This document shows, piece by piece, positions 33,131 through 43,121 of a DNA stretch of 64,000 nt (within the stretch, counting starts at the first letter, position 1; each line of letters starts with the position of its first letter). The translations under genes were made by a program, and so were the position numbers. This DNA is from Methanomassiliicoccaceae archaeon. GTDB taxonomy: Archaea; Thermoplasmatota; Thermoplasmata; Methanomassiliicoccales; UBA472. The notes beneath the pieces are model-generated. The model was given only the letters and a program-made list of their open reading frames with translations, was not told the origin of the DNA and did no database searches. The stretch lies in contig CAWHCB010000003.1 of the NCBI GenBank assembly GCA_963827905.1, forward strand, positions 3,005 through 67,004. The letters run 5' to 3'.

Positions 33131-34222
33131 TGCCGTCGATCACCATGGACCGGGTCAAGAAGTCCTACGGCGACATCCATGCCGCCGATGGTCTGGAGCT
33201 GGAGGTGCTCGATGGGGAGTACCTGTGCATCCTCGGCCCCACCGGGTCGGGCAAGACCACCATGCTGCGCCTGATCTGCGGCCTCACCCTCCCCGATTCG
33301 GGAGCGGTCTTCCTTGATGGCAAGGACATCACCAGGTGGGAGCCGGAGGACCGGGGGGCGGTCATGCTTTCCCAGACCTACTCGCTCTTTCCGCACATGA
33401 CCGTGGCCGAGAACGTGCTCTTCGGACCGGAGCTCAGGGGCATGCCCGATGAGGAACAGAAACATCTTCTGGCCGAAATGCTGGACATTGTCCGACTCTC
33501 CTCTCGGGCCGACGCTCTGCCCAAGGAACTGAGCGGGGGCATGATGCAGCGCACCGCATTGGCCCGGGCCTTGGCCTCCGGCACCGAGATCCTCCTGCTG
33601 GACGAGCCTTTGCGCGCCTTGGACGCGCGATTGCGCATCAACCTCCGCCATGAGCTCCGTTCCTTGGCCAAAACGCTCGGGCTCACCACCATCCACGTCA
33701 CCCACGACCAGGAGGAGGCCTTGGTCATGGCCGACCGCATCGCCGTCCTGAGACAGGGGAGGATCGTGCAGGTGGGCACCCCGGGCGAGATATTCGACAA
33801 TCCCAACTCACCTTTCGTGGCCAATTTCGTGGGCCAATCCAATTTCTTCACCGGGAAGGTGGAGGCCAAGGCCGGGAACACCACGGTCCGCCTCCCCGAT
33901 GGTCGGGAGCTGCATGCCCGCGCGTGCCAGTTCCCCATCGGGCAGGAGGTGGTGGTCGGCATCAAGGTGGGCAACACCGATATCAGCAAGGAGGAGGCCA
34001 GGCCCCCTGCAGGGAAGGATCGAAAGGATACTGTTCGAAGGCAAGTTCCTTTTCATCGACGTCCAAGTGCCAGGGGTGGGGCTGATCAGCTCCAAGGTGC
34101 CCTCCTGGAGGATGGGCAAGCTGGCGGTGGGGGACGATGTGAACGTGCGCTGGGCCTGGGAGAAGGCCACGGTGTTCCCGCTGCCCGAGAACGGGCTGAC
34201 GGAGGAGCTGAGGGTGGACTGA
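33130..34222 (+). CDS. ABC ATP-binding protein 1 (PotA/CysA-like with TOBE tail), frameshift near 34005
   Basis: GPTGSGKTT, LSGGMMQR, LLLDEP, HVTHDQEEA; C-terminus in ORF 33899-34222. Confidence 0.9.
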
Positions 34223-35307
34223 TGCCTGAGGTACGCTTGGAAGGATTGGGCAAAACCTACGGAAAAGTGGTGGCCGTGGGCGGGGTGGACCTGGTGATCC
34301 GGGACAAGGAATATGTCACCATCCTCGGCCCTTCGGGGTGCGGCAAGACCACACTCATCCGCATGATCGCCGGTATCATCGAACCTAGCCAGGGCAAGGT
34401 ATTCCTTCGTGGAAAGGACATGCATGGCGTGCTCATCGAGGAACGGGGCATCGGTTACGTCTTCCAGAACATCGCGTTGTTCCCCAACCTGAACGCCGCC
34501 CAGAACGTCGCCTACAGCAGCCGGGCGAAAGGGGCGGACAAGGAGATGCAGGAAAAGGTGGCCCGGGAGCATCTCCAGCTCGTCAAGTTGCTGGACCGGA
34601 TGGCCATGTTCCCCGACGAGATGTCCGGCGGGGAGCAACAGAAGGTGGCCTTGGCCCGGGCCCTTGCCAGCGGGTCCGACCTATTGCTGCTGGACGAACC
34701 GCTGTCCGCCCTGGACGCCCGGGTGAGGGTGGACCTGCGCTACGAGCTGCGCCGATTGACCAAGGCGCTCGGACTCACCACCATCCACGTCACCCATGAC
34801 CAGGAGGAGGCGATGACGGTCTCGGACCGGATCGTGCTCATGAGGGCAGGCAGCATCGTGGAGGCCGGCACCCCCGAGGAGCTTTACTCCCAGCCCAAGC
34901 ATCTGTTCACGGCCAACTTCATCGGCGAATCGAACTTCCTGGAGGGTTGGGTGAGGGAGAAGGTGGACGGCCTGACCCGGGTCGAGGTCCGGGAAGGTTC
35001 CACCATCGATGTCATGGGGTCGAGGCTGGAGCTCGGCGATCCGGTGGTGGTCTCGGTCCGGCCGGAGTTCGTGTACCCCTTCACCACCGGACTGAGGTCC
35101 AAGGTCACTGGCTCAATCTACATGGGCACATATTGGCGCATCAAGGCGACGACAGAGGGCGATGATGAAATGAACTTCGATGTTCCGATAACCGATGGAC
35201 ATCTCTATCAAATAGGGCAAGACATTTATCTGATGGTCAACAAGAGAGCGGCAGTGCTGTTCCCCCGTCCGCGGGAAGGGGTCGAGGAGGCGATCAGCCT
35301 TGAGTGA
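34222..35307 (+). CDS. ABC ATP-binding protein 2 (PotA/CysA-like)
   Basis: ATG overlaps the previous TGA; GPSGCGKTT, VFQNIALFP, MSGGEQQK, LLDEPLSALD, HVTHDQEEA. Confidence 0.92.
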   Translation: MPEVRLEGLGKTYGKVVAVGGVDLVIRDKEYVTILGPSGCGKTTLIRMIAGIIEPSQGKVFLRGKDMHGVLIEERGIGYVFQNIALFPNLNAAQNVAYSSRAKGADKEMQEKVAREHLQLVKLLDRMAMFPDEMSGGEQQKVALARALASGSDLLLLDEPLSALDARVRVDLRYELRRLTKALGLTTIHVTHDQEEAMTVSDRIVLMRAGSIVEAGTPEELYSQPKHLFTANFIGESNFLEGWVREKVDGLTRVEVREGSTIDVMGSRLELGDPVVVSVRPEFVYPFTTGLRSKVTGSIYMGTYWRIKATTEGDDEMNFDVPITDGHLYQIGQDIYLMVNKRAAVLFPRPREGVEEAISLE

Positions 35308-35986
35308 AAAAGGTTCTATGACAGATTGGTTCGGCAAGCGCAGGGAATCGGTCATAGCCAAAGGCATAAGGGACCATGCGGAGAAGGTGTGCGACACCGT
35401 CACTGAGGTCAACCGCGCCTTCGGGGCGATGGCCAACAACGACCACAACAAGGCGCTGGAGGCCTTGAAGCGAATGGGCTACTCGGAGAAGGAGGCGGAC
35501 AACGTCGAGGAACGCATGTCCGAGGAGCTGGCCAAGGGAGACCTGGCCTCCAAGGAGCGCGAGGACCTCATGCACCTGGTCCGGCGCATGGAGGACGTGG
35601 CCGATTGGGGCAAGGAGGCCTCTCGGAACCTGCAGCTGGCCATCGAGGCGAACGTGCACGTTCCCCAGCATCTATGGAAACGCTTCTTCGAGCTCACCTC
35701 CGAATTGGAGAAGGCCGCCAAGGCCATGCGCCAGAGCGTGGAGGCCTTGGGCGTCAACGCCGAGATGGTGATGAGCCAGGAGAAGGCGGTGGGCGTTCTG
35801 GAGCACATCATCGACGACATGTACTTCAACATCAAGAAGGAGATCTTGCTGACCGAGCTGGACCCCAAGGGCGTCTATCTCCTCATGGACATGCTGCGCT
35901 GCCTGGAGGAATCCTCCGATTCCAGCAAGGACGCCGTGGACATGCTGCACATTTTGGTCATAAGCGACCAGTTCCATTCAAGATGA
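35300..35986 (+). CDS. DUF47 / PhoU-like phosphate transport regulator
   Basis: All-helical; SEKEADNV, REDLMHLVRRMEDVAD, LEHIIDD, LEESSD. Confidence 0.8.
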   Translation: MSEKGSMTDWFGKRRESVIAKGIRDHAEKVCDTVTEVNRAFGAMANNDHNKALEALKRMGYSEKEADNVEERMSEELAKGDLASKEREDLMHLVRRMEDVADWGKEASRNLQLAIEANVHVPQHLWKRFFELTSELEKAAKAMRQSVEALGVNAEMVMSQEKAVGVLEHIIDDMYFNIKKEILLTELDPKGVYLLMDMLRCLEESSDSSKDAVDMLHILVISDQFHSR

Positions 35987-35996
35987 GGCGTTTGCG

Positions 35997-37361
35997 ATGA
36001 GCGAGAGGTTGTTCGGCACCAACGGGGTACGGGGAGTGGTGAACGAGGACATGAGCGTCCAGCTCGCCTTGGACGTCGGCAAGGCCATCGGCACGTTCAT
36101 GGGCGGCAAGGTGGCCATCGCCACCGACACCCGCACCTCGGCCCACATGATCAAGAGCGCCGTCTCCGCGGGCCTGATGGCCTCCGGCGTGGAGGTGCTG
36201 GACCTGGGCATGCTGCCCACCCCGGCGCTGCAGTACTACGTGAAGGGCTCCGCCGTGAAGGGCGGGGTGATGATCACCGCCTCCCACAACCCTCCCGAGT
36301 TCAACGGCATCAAGTGCGTCGATTATGACGGCACGGAGATGCCCCGCCACAAGGAGGAGATGATCGAGGCGATCTACTTCAACCAGAGCTTCGCCCAGAA
36401 GAGCTGGCGCACGGTCGGTTCGATGAGGCCGATCACCGGTGTGGGACAGACCTACATCACGGTGGTGAGGCGACAGGTGGACCATGCCGCCATCGAGGAC
36501 GCCAAGCTGAAGGTGGTGCTGGACTGCGCCAACGGAGCCGGGTCGGCCACCTCCCCCCAGCTCCTCGAGTCCTTGGGAGTGAAGGCGATCACCCTGAACG
36601 CCAACCCGCAGGGGACGTTCCCTGGCCACGAGAGCGAGCCCACCCCGGAGAACCTCCGGGACCTGGTGGAGATGGTCAAGGTGACCGGTGCCGACCTGGG
36701 CATCGCCCACGACGGCGACGCGGACCGCTGCATCTTCGTGGACGACAAGGGCAACTACCTTTACGGAGACCGGTCCCTGGCCATCGTGGCCCGCTATGTG
36801 GTCGCCGAGAGGGGCGGCGGCACGGTGGTCACGCCGGTGAGCACCTCCTCCTGTCTGGAGGACGTGGTCAGGTCCGCTGGGGGGGAGGTCGTCTATACCA
36901 AGGTCGGCTCACCGGTGGTGGCTCGCAAGATGATCGAGGTCAAGGCCATCTTCGGCGGCGAGGAGAACGGAGGGCTCATCTTCCCGGAGCACCAGTATTG
37001 CCGGGACGCGGCCATGACCATGGCCAAGGTCCTGGAGATAATAGCCAAGGACGGCCCCCTCTCCCGATTGGCCGCTTCGATCCCCGGCTACGCCCTGGAC
37101 AAGCGCAAGATGCACACCCCGCCCGGCGTCAAGGACCAGGTGGTCGAGGAGCTCCTCATGCGCTTCGACGGCATGAGGGTGGACACCACCGACGGCATCA
37201 AGGTCTACTTCGACGAGGGATGGGCATTGATCAGGCCCTCAGGCACGGAGCCGATCTTCCGCATCTACTCCGAGGCCCGCTCCGACCAGGCGGCCAAGCG
37301 CATCGGGGACGAGTGCGAGAAGGCCCTCAGGGAAGCCGTCAAGGAATGCGAGGGCGACTGA
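35997..37361 (+). CDS. Phosphohexomutase (phosphoglucosamine/phosphomannomutase family), paralogue 1
   Basis: LFGTNGVRG, ITASHNPPEFNG, HDGDADR, GGEENGG, LIRPSGTEP. Confidence 0.93.
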   Translation: MSERLFGTNGVRGVVNEDMSVQLALDVGKAIGTFMGGKVAIATDTRTSAHMIKSAVSAGLMASGVEVLDLGMLPTPALQYYVKGSAVKGGVMITASHNPPEFNGIKCVDYDGTEMPRHKEEMIEAIYFNQSFAQKSWRTVGSMRPITGVGQTYITVVRRQVDHAAIEDAKLKVVLDCANGAGSATSPQLLESLGVKAITLNANPQGTFPGHESEPTPENLRDLVEMVKVTGADLGIAHDGDADRCIFVDDKGNYLYGDRSLAIVARYVVAERGGGTVVTPVSTSSCLEDVVRSAGGEVVYTKVGSPVVARKMIEVKAIFGGEENGGLIFPEHQYCRDAAMTMAKVLEIIAKDGPLSRLAASIPGYALDKRKMHTPPGVKDQVVEELLMRFDGMRVDTTDGIKVYFDEGWALIRPSGTEPIFRIYSEARSDQAAKRIGDECEKALREAVKECEGD

Positions 37362-37389
37362 ACCTCGCACCCCTGCCTTTCATCTCCCG

Positions 37390-38913
37390 TCAATACCCAT
37401 AGATGGCAGAGAACTTCGCATCCAGGTATTTCAGGAACGGCCTGATGTCCAGGTCCTTGCCGGTCACGGTCTTGACCAGGTCGGCCGGGTCGTAGAGGTT
37501 GCCCTTGCGGTGCACGTTCTCCACCAGCCAGTTCTTGACCGGGGCGAAATCTCCCGCCTCGACCCCCTTCTTCCAATCCGGCAAAGCCCGGTCCATCTTA
37601 TCTAGGAACATACCCCCGTAGATGTTGCCCAGCGCATAGCTGGGGAAGTAGCCGAAGTAGCCGGAGGCCCAATGCGTGTCCTGCATCACGCCCTCCGAGT
37701 CGTGACGGACATCGACACCGAGATAGTCCTTGTACTTCTGGTTCCAGACCTGGGGCAGATCGTCCACTCCGATCCTGCCCGAGAACAGGTCCCTCTCGAT
37801 CTCGAACCTTATGATGACATGCATGCCGTAGGTGACCTCGTCCGCCTCGATGCGGATGCGGCTCGGCTCCACCAGGTTGACTGCGGCCACGAACTGTTCC
37901 AACCCGACCCCTTCCAGCGCCCCGTTGGTGACCGAGCGCAACCGGGGCAGCATGTAACGCAGGAACTCCGGGCTTCGGCCGACGATGTTCTCCACGAACC
38001 GGCTCTGGGACTCATGTATTCCGTAGCTGGCGGCAGCACCGATCGGTTGGTACTTCCATGCCGGGGGTTGGTTCTGTTCGTACAGGGCATGCCCCGCCTC
38101 ATGGAGCACGCTGAACAGGCTGGAGGTGTACCGGTCCTCGAAGTAATGGGTGGTGATCCTGACATCGTCATAGTAACCGGTGGAGAAGGGGTGCTCGGTC
38201 TCGTCCAGACGCCCTCCTTCGGGCCCGTAACCGACGAACTCCATGGCCAGGTCGCTGATCCGCCTCTGGGCCTCGATGGGCACCTTGCGCTCGGTTATGG
38301 ACACGTCCGGCTCGAACCCCGATCCCTCGATCTTGTCCAAGACCTTCTTCAAGCCCTTGCGCATGCCATCGAACACCTCGGTGACGCGATCGGCGGTCAT
38401 GCCCGGTTCGTAGGAATCAAGCAAGGCGTCGTACGGCGTCCTGGTGCCCTTCACCTGCATCATGATGTCCGCCGCCTGTGCCCTCAGCTCGATCATGCGC
38501 GCCAGCTCGGAGCGGTACAGATTGAAGTCCTGGGCCGCCTTGGCCTTCTTCCATGCCGCGACGGTCAGGGCGGACTGTTTGGACAGGTCGGCCACCAGGC
38601 TCTCCGGCAACCGGGCCGATTCGTCGTAGGCCTTGCGGAAGAGGTGAACGTTGCGGCGCTGCGCCTGGTCCAGCGAGCCGAGGTCCTGGTGCGCCTCGAT
38701 GGCGTCCAACATCCTCGCCACCTCCGGGCCGACCAGTTCCTGGTGGGCGATGACGTCCAGGACGGCCAGTTGCTCGCTCCTTTGCTCCAGGCCGCGCTCT
38801 GGCATCTTCGTCTCCATGTCCCAGTGCAGTATCCCAATGGCGGACGAGAGCAGGACGAGCTTCTTGGAACGGGTAAGGAGGCCCTCATAGACCTCCAGGA
38901 TGGGTGCGGTCAT
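37390..38913 (-). CDS. Carboxypeptidase M32 (Taq-type)
   Basis: HPF, DVRITT, HEAGHALYEQ, IHESQS, IRIEADE, GVMQDTHW, GYFPSYALG. Confidence 0.96.
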   Translation of the reverse strand: MTAPILEVYEGLLTRSKKLVLLSSAIGILHWDMETKMPERGLEQRSEQLAVLDVIAHQELVGPEVARMLDAIEAHQDLGSLDQAQRRNVHLFRKAYDESARLPESLVADLSKQSALTVAAWKKAKAAQDFNLYRSELARMIELRAQAADIMMQVKGTRTPYDALLDSYEPGMTADRVTEVFDGMRKGLKKVLDKIEGSGFEPDVSITERKVPIEAQRRISDLAMEFVGYGPEGGRLDETEHPFSTGYYDDVRITTHYFEDRYTSSLFSVLHEAGHALYEQNQPPAWKYQPIGAAASYGIHESQSRFVENIVGRSPEFLRYMLPRLRSVTNGALEGVGLEQFVAAVNLVEPSRIRIEADEVTYGMHVIIRFEIERDLFSGRIGVDDLPQVWNQKYKDYLGVDVRHDSEGVMQDTHWASGYFGYFPSYALGNIYGGMFLDKMDRALPDWKKGVEAGDFAPVKNWLVENVHRKGNLYDPADLVKTVTGKDLDIRPFLKYLDAKFSAIYGY

Positions 38914-39046
38914 GTGATATCGGCCGAGGATGGGCGGAACGATGCTTTAGCCTTTACCAAAGACAAGAAGTAGCACGCTGCGTTCGGAGAACGGGTTGAA
39001 AAATAGTGGAAGGGGAAGTCGTTTCGACTTGCCGAGTCGACAGGTC

Positions 39047-39433
39047 TCAGACCTTGGTGATCATGCGGCGCTCCATGGCGACCAGGTACATGATCTCCTC
39101 TCCGGAGTGGAGCTGTCCCTGGAACTCCTCTGGAACGGCCAGGGAGAAGTTCTCGAAGGTCTCCAGGTCCATCAGCTGGACCTCGTTGCCCCCGACCGCC
39201 AGGATCTGCGCCTTGCGCTTGTCGATCATGGGGACCTGCACCCTGTGCTTCACCGGGAACACCACGCTGCGCTTCTTCTTGTCGAAGATGCCAACGGCGT
39301 CGATGTTGGCCTTGGCCTCGCCATGTTTACCGGGTTTGGATGTGGATATGGAGATGATCTTGCAGGGCTCCTCATCGATGAGCATGTAACGGCCCTCTTT
39401 CAGCTCACGGACCTCTTGCTGCGTCCACGACAT
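39047..39433 (-). CDS. eif5a: Translation factor aIF-5A
   Basis: Hypusine loop SKPGKHGEAKA; VQLMDLETFE. Confidence 0.97.
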   Translation of the reverse strand: MSWTQQEVRELKEGRYMLIDEEPCKIISISTSKPGKHGEAKANIDAVGIFDKKKRSVVFPVKHRVQVPMIDKRKAQILAVGGNEVQLMDLETFENFSLAVPEEFQGQLHSGEEIMYLVAMERRMITKV

Positions 39434-39452
39434 AACAATCTACCCGTCAATC

Positions 39453-40541
39453 CTACTTTGATTTATAAACCTTGCCTCTTTTAACCGGCCGCTGCGGCAC
39501 TCTTGGCTGGCTCTGCGGGCTGGAAACCCGGCGCGGGGGCTCGGGGTACTTCTCCTTCACCTCGACCACCCTCGCCTCCATGTCGGCCAGTAGCTTGTCG
39601 CCGATGAAGTCGCCCTTGTAGAAGTCGACCTTGGCGGCTATGCTGGCCTTGGCCGCCAGGCTGCGGGCCACCTTGCCCCTCTGCCAGTATGGCGCCCGGT
39701 TCACCATGGGGTGTTGGAAGATCACACCGTGCTTGGGGGGCCGCTTGCCGGTCTTCAGGTGCAGGAAGAGGGCCTTCTCCGCTCCCAGCAGCTGTACGGT
39801 GCTGGAAGGGAACCGCGCCAATCGCCCCAGTCCTCCAGCGATCGAGATCATGCGCGCCGCCAGGTTGGCCGACAGCAGGTGGGTCAGGTTGGGGGCCACC
39901 TTCTGCATGCTCTCCAGGATGTATCGGTCCAACGCCTCCTTGCGTCGGTACATGGCCTCCAGACCGGAGGCGAAGGAGCGGATGGTCTCCAGGTCGTCCT
40001 CGAGCATCTCCGATCCCACGGACTCGAGCTCCATGCCCAGCTCCACCAATATCCTGTCCCGTGAGCCATGCTTGGCGATCAGCTCCGCATAGCGCAGGTC
40101 CTGGGCGTAATCGGCCAGCTCGGGGAAGTGCAGCCCGTACCACTCGTGCAATCGCTCGCTCATGAGGTTGATGGTCTCGATCAGGTCGTCGGTGGCGCGG
40201 ATGGCCTGGGCCACGCACCGGTCCTCGCCCAACGGCTCCCGCGTCCTGACCTTGCCCAGCTCGACCATGACCTTCTGCATGAACTGCGGCTCCAGGCCGT
40301 AGTCCTGAGGTTTGATGAAAGAGGAGTCGAACAGCACCGGCTTTCCCAGCTTGGAGAGTCGGGGCTCGGCCACCTTCATGCGCTTCTGGGCCAGCCTCCG
40401 CTCCTCTGGCAGTATCTCGCCGCGCTGCACGGCCGCCAGCTTCTTGGCGATGGCCTTGGCGTCCTTCTCGAACAGCTCATGTCGCTTCACGCTCTGCTCG
40501 TCGCAGAGGAACACCCCGAACCACTTGGTGACCAGTATCAT
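39453..40541 (-). CDS. nop5: Box C/D sRNP protein Nop5 (NOP56/58 family)
   Basis: ERLHEWYGLHFPEL, APNL, STVQLLGAEKALF, PPKHGVIFQHP, RGKVARSLA. Confidence 0.95.
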   Translation of the reverse strand: MILVTKWFGVFLCDEQSVKRHELFEKDAKAIAKKLAAVQRGEILPEERRLAQKRMKVAEPRLSKLGKPVLFDSSFIKPQDYGLEPQFMQKVMVELGKVRTREPLGEDRCVAQAIRATDDLIETINLMSERLHEWYGLHFPELADYAQDLRYAELIAKHGSRDRILVELGMELESVGSEMLEDDLETIRSFASGLEAMYRRKEALDRYILESMQKVAPNLTHLLSANLAARMISIAGGLGRLARFPSSTVQLLGAEKALFLHLKTGKRPPKHGVIFQHPMVNRAPYWQRGKVARSLAAKASIAAKVDFYKGDFIGDKLLADMEARVVEVKEKYPEPPRRVSSPQSQPRVPQRPVKRGKVYKSK

Positions 40542-40556
40542 TTCGATGCCCTTCCT

Positions 40557-41190
40557 TTATGCTAACTTCGACCTCATGATGCGCGCCACCTCTTCAGGGG
40601 GAAGGTCGGCCGCCCCCCCGATGACATTGACCCGGTACTGCAGTTTGGCCAGGAACTCCATGGCCTCCATGCGATGGAACGCCTCCCGCACGTCGCGGCC
40701 CACCGTGATGGCGCCATGCTTCTCCAGCAGGTAGGCGTTGCTCCAGGACATAGGCTCACCGATGGAGCGGGCCAGGTCCTCCGTGCCCGGGGTGGTGTAT
40801 GGGATCAAAGGTATATCCTTTCCCAAGTACAGCAGCGATTCCGGCGTCAGCGCCGGGCGCAACCGCTCGCTGGCCAAGGCAAGGACGGTGCAGAACTCCG
40901 GATGGGTAGTGCACCACCGCACCAACGTCCGGTCGTCCTCGATAGAAGGCCAGATGGAATGGCGTCTCAATGCTGGGCCTGCCTCCGGCCGCCACCTCCC
41001 CGGTGGCGATGTCAATCTCCACCAGCTTCTCCGCCTCCAGCATGCCCTTGCACACTCCGGAGGGGGTGATGAGCATACGACCTCCCTCCATCCTCAGGCT
41101 GATGTTGCCCGCCAGTCCGCTCACGAGCCCCTTCTCGTAGAGCAGCTTCCCATAATGGACCAGCTCCTTCCTCGCCTTCTCGTCCTTCAT
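40557..41190 (-). CDS. Class II aldolase (FucA/MtnB family), frameshifted
   Basis: GNISLR, ITPSG, RPSIETPFH, VVH-THP, IPYTTPGT, LLEKHG. Confidence 0.9.
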
Positions 41191-42199
41191 GACATCCGCG
41201 CCCCCTTGACCTTATGGACCTCGGATGGCTTGATGACGCCTATCTCGGTGATGATGCCGGTGACGTACTTGTGCGGCGTGACGTCGAACGACGGGTTCAA
41301 CGCCGCCGACCCCTTCGGCGCGATGAGACGCCCGTCCACCTCCGTCACCTCCGTGGGCGACCGGTTCTCGATGGGTATGTCCTTGCCGCTCTCCATCTTC
41401 AGGTCGAAGGTGGAGATGGGCGCCGCGGTGTAGAAAGGCACGCCCAGCTCATGGGCCAGGACGGCCTTCTCGAAGGTGCCGATCTTGTTGGCGAAGTCCC
41501 CGTTGGCGGCGATGCGGTCGGCCCCGACGATGACGATGTCGGTGCCCAGGCGCAGGAAATGGCCCGCCGCCCCGTCCGGGATGATGGCATGGGGTATGCC
41601 CTCCTCCACCATCTCGAAGGCGGTGAGCTTCATGCCCTGCCAGCGCGGTCTGGTCTCGGAGACGTAGACGAAGAGGGGCTTGCCCTTCCTCCACGCCGCG
41701 CGGATCGGCGCCAGCGCCGTGCCGTGGTCCAGGGTCGCCAAGGCCCCGGCGTTGCAATGGGTCATCACCCTGGCCCCGCTGGCGATCAATCCCTCCCCAT
41801 GCTCGCCGATCAGACGGCACTTCTCCACGATGGTGTCGGCGTAACGGTCGGCCGCCTCCTTGGCGTCCTCGCCCTTGGCCATCGATCTCCAGCATGAAGT
41901 CCACGGCGAAGAAGAGGTCGTGGGCGGTGGGCCTGGTGGACTTGAGCAGCCGTGGCCGCTTCCTGCAGGTCCATGCCCTGGTTCTTGGCCAAGAGCATTC
42001 CGTAGGCCGCCGCCGCGCCGATGGCGGGCGCGCCCCGAACGGTCATGTTGCGTATGGCCTCCGCCATGTCCTCGCAGTTGTAGATGTCCAAAAGGACCAC
42101 TTGGTGGGGGAGCAGCCGCTGGTCGATCATGCGCACCTTGTCGCCCTCGAGCCATAGCGCCCGGCGGTCCTGGACCTTGCCATCTAGCCTTATCTTCAT
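41187..42199 (-). CDS. mtnA: Methylthioribose-1-phosphate isomerase, frameshifted
   Basis: IDQRLLP, VRGAPAIG, THCNAGALAT, ETRPRWQG, GADRIAANGDFANKIGT, NPSFDVTP. Confidence 0.92.
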
Positions 42200-42330
42200 C
42201 TTCTCATGCGAGTGAGGGCGGAGGGATTAGAAAATTGTTCTTACTGCAATGGGTGGGCAGATTTCCGATATTTCGTCTCACAACAATATCTTTATTAACT
42301 GGCTTCATTAATCAGAATGTTGGCTAGGAG

Positions 42331-43078
42331 ATGAATAAGAAACCATCGGATTTTGACGTGTATTCGACCTCGACGGGGCTGCGCCAGATATCCAATCCAG
42401 TAAGGCAGAAGATATTGGCCGAGCTGCAACGCCGGGACCTTAGCCTGAGCGAGATCGCCGCCCTCACCGGGAAGGCGCAATCCACCCTGTCCGTGCACCT
42501 TGACAAGATGGTGGTGGAAGGGTCTGATCGGTTACCGGGACGACCCGCACGACAATCGACGCAAGATATTCTATCTCATCTCAAGGCCGGTCGGTTCCTC
42601 GGTGGTGCCACGGGAGGAGCTGAAGAAGGCGGTCAGCAACACCATCGCCCGCAGCATCGGTACCCCGTCCACCTTCTTGAAGGGCATGATCCGTTCCATC
42701 GTCATCGGGATGGAGGCCATCGGCTTCAACATGGACCCGGTGCTGAAGGACATCGGGCGGCAGATCGGGACCGAGGTGGCGAAGCGGTTCAAGTCCACCA
42801 ATGTGGAAGGCCTCATCCAGGAGGTCAAGGAGTTCTACAAGGAGCACGAGCTGGGCGAGGTCGTGGTCTATTCCGTGCACCCGGTCACGCTCATCATCAA
42901 GGACGAGTACGACTGCTCCAAGGCGCCCGACGTCGGACGCACCCTCTGTCTTCTGAACGAGGGCATGCTCGAGGCCATGTTCGAATCGAAGCTGAACATG
43001 CCGTTGCGCGTGGTGGAGAAGGAGACCTTCGGTTCCAATTTCAACATGTGCAAGTACGTGATCGAGCCCTCACTGTGA
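42331..43078 (+). CDS. ArsR-type HTH plus V4R-domain transcriptional regulator, one frameshift near 42520
   Basis: NPVRQKILAEL...GKAQSTLSVHL...DNRRKIF; C-terminal YDC...GRTLCLLNEGML...CKYVI. Confidence 0.8.
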
Positions 43079-43121
43079 GGTAGCGAAGCATTTCTGGTCC
43101 ATTTGTAAGATCAAAGGGTCT

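Noticed and set aside
33130-35307. 725-aa fused double ABC ATPase in the ORF track
   Set aside because: The linker is an off-frame read caused by an indel near 34005; the true C-terminus of ATPase 1 is in another frame and its TGA overlaps the ATG of ATPase 2 at 34222.
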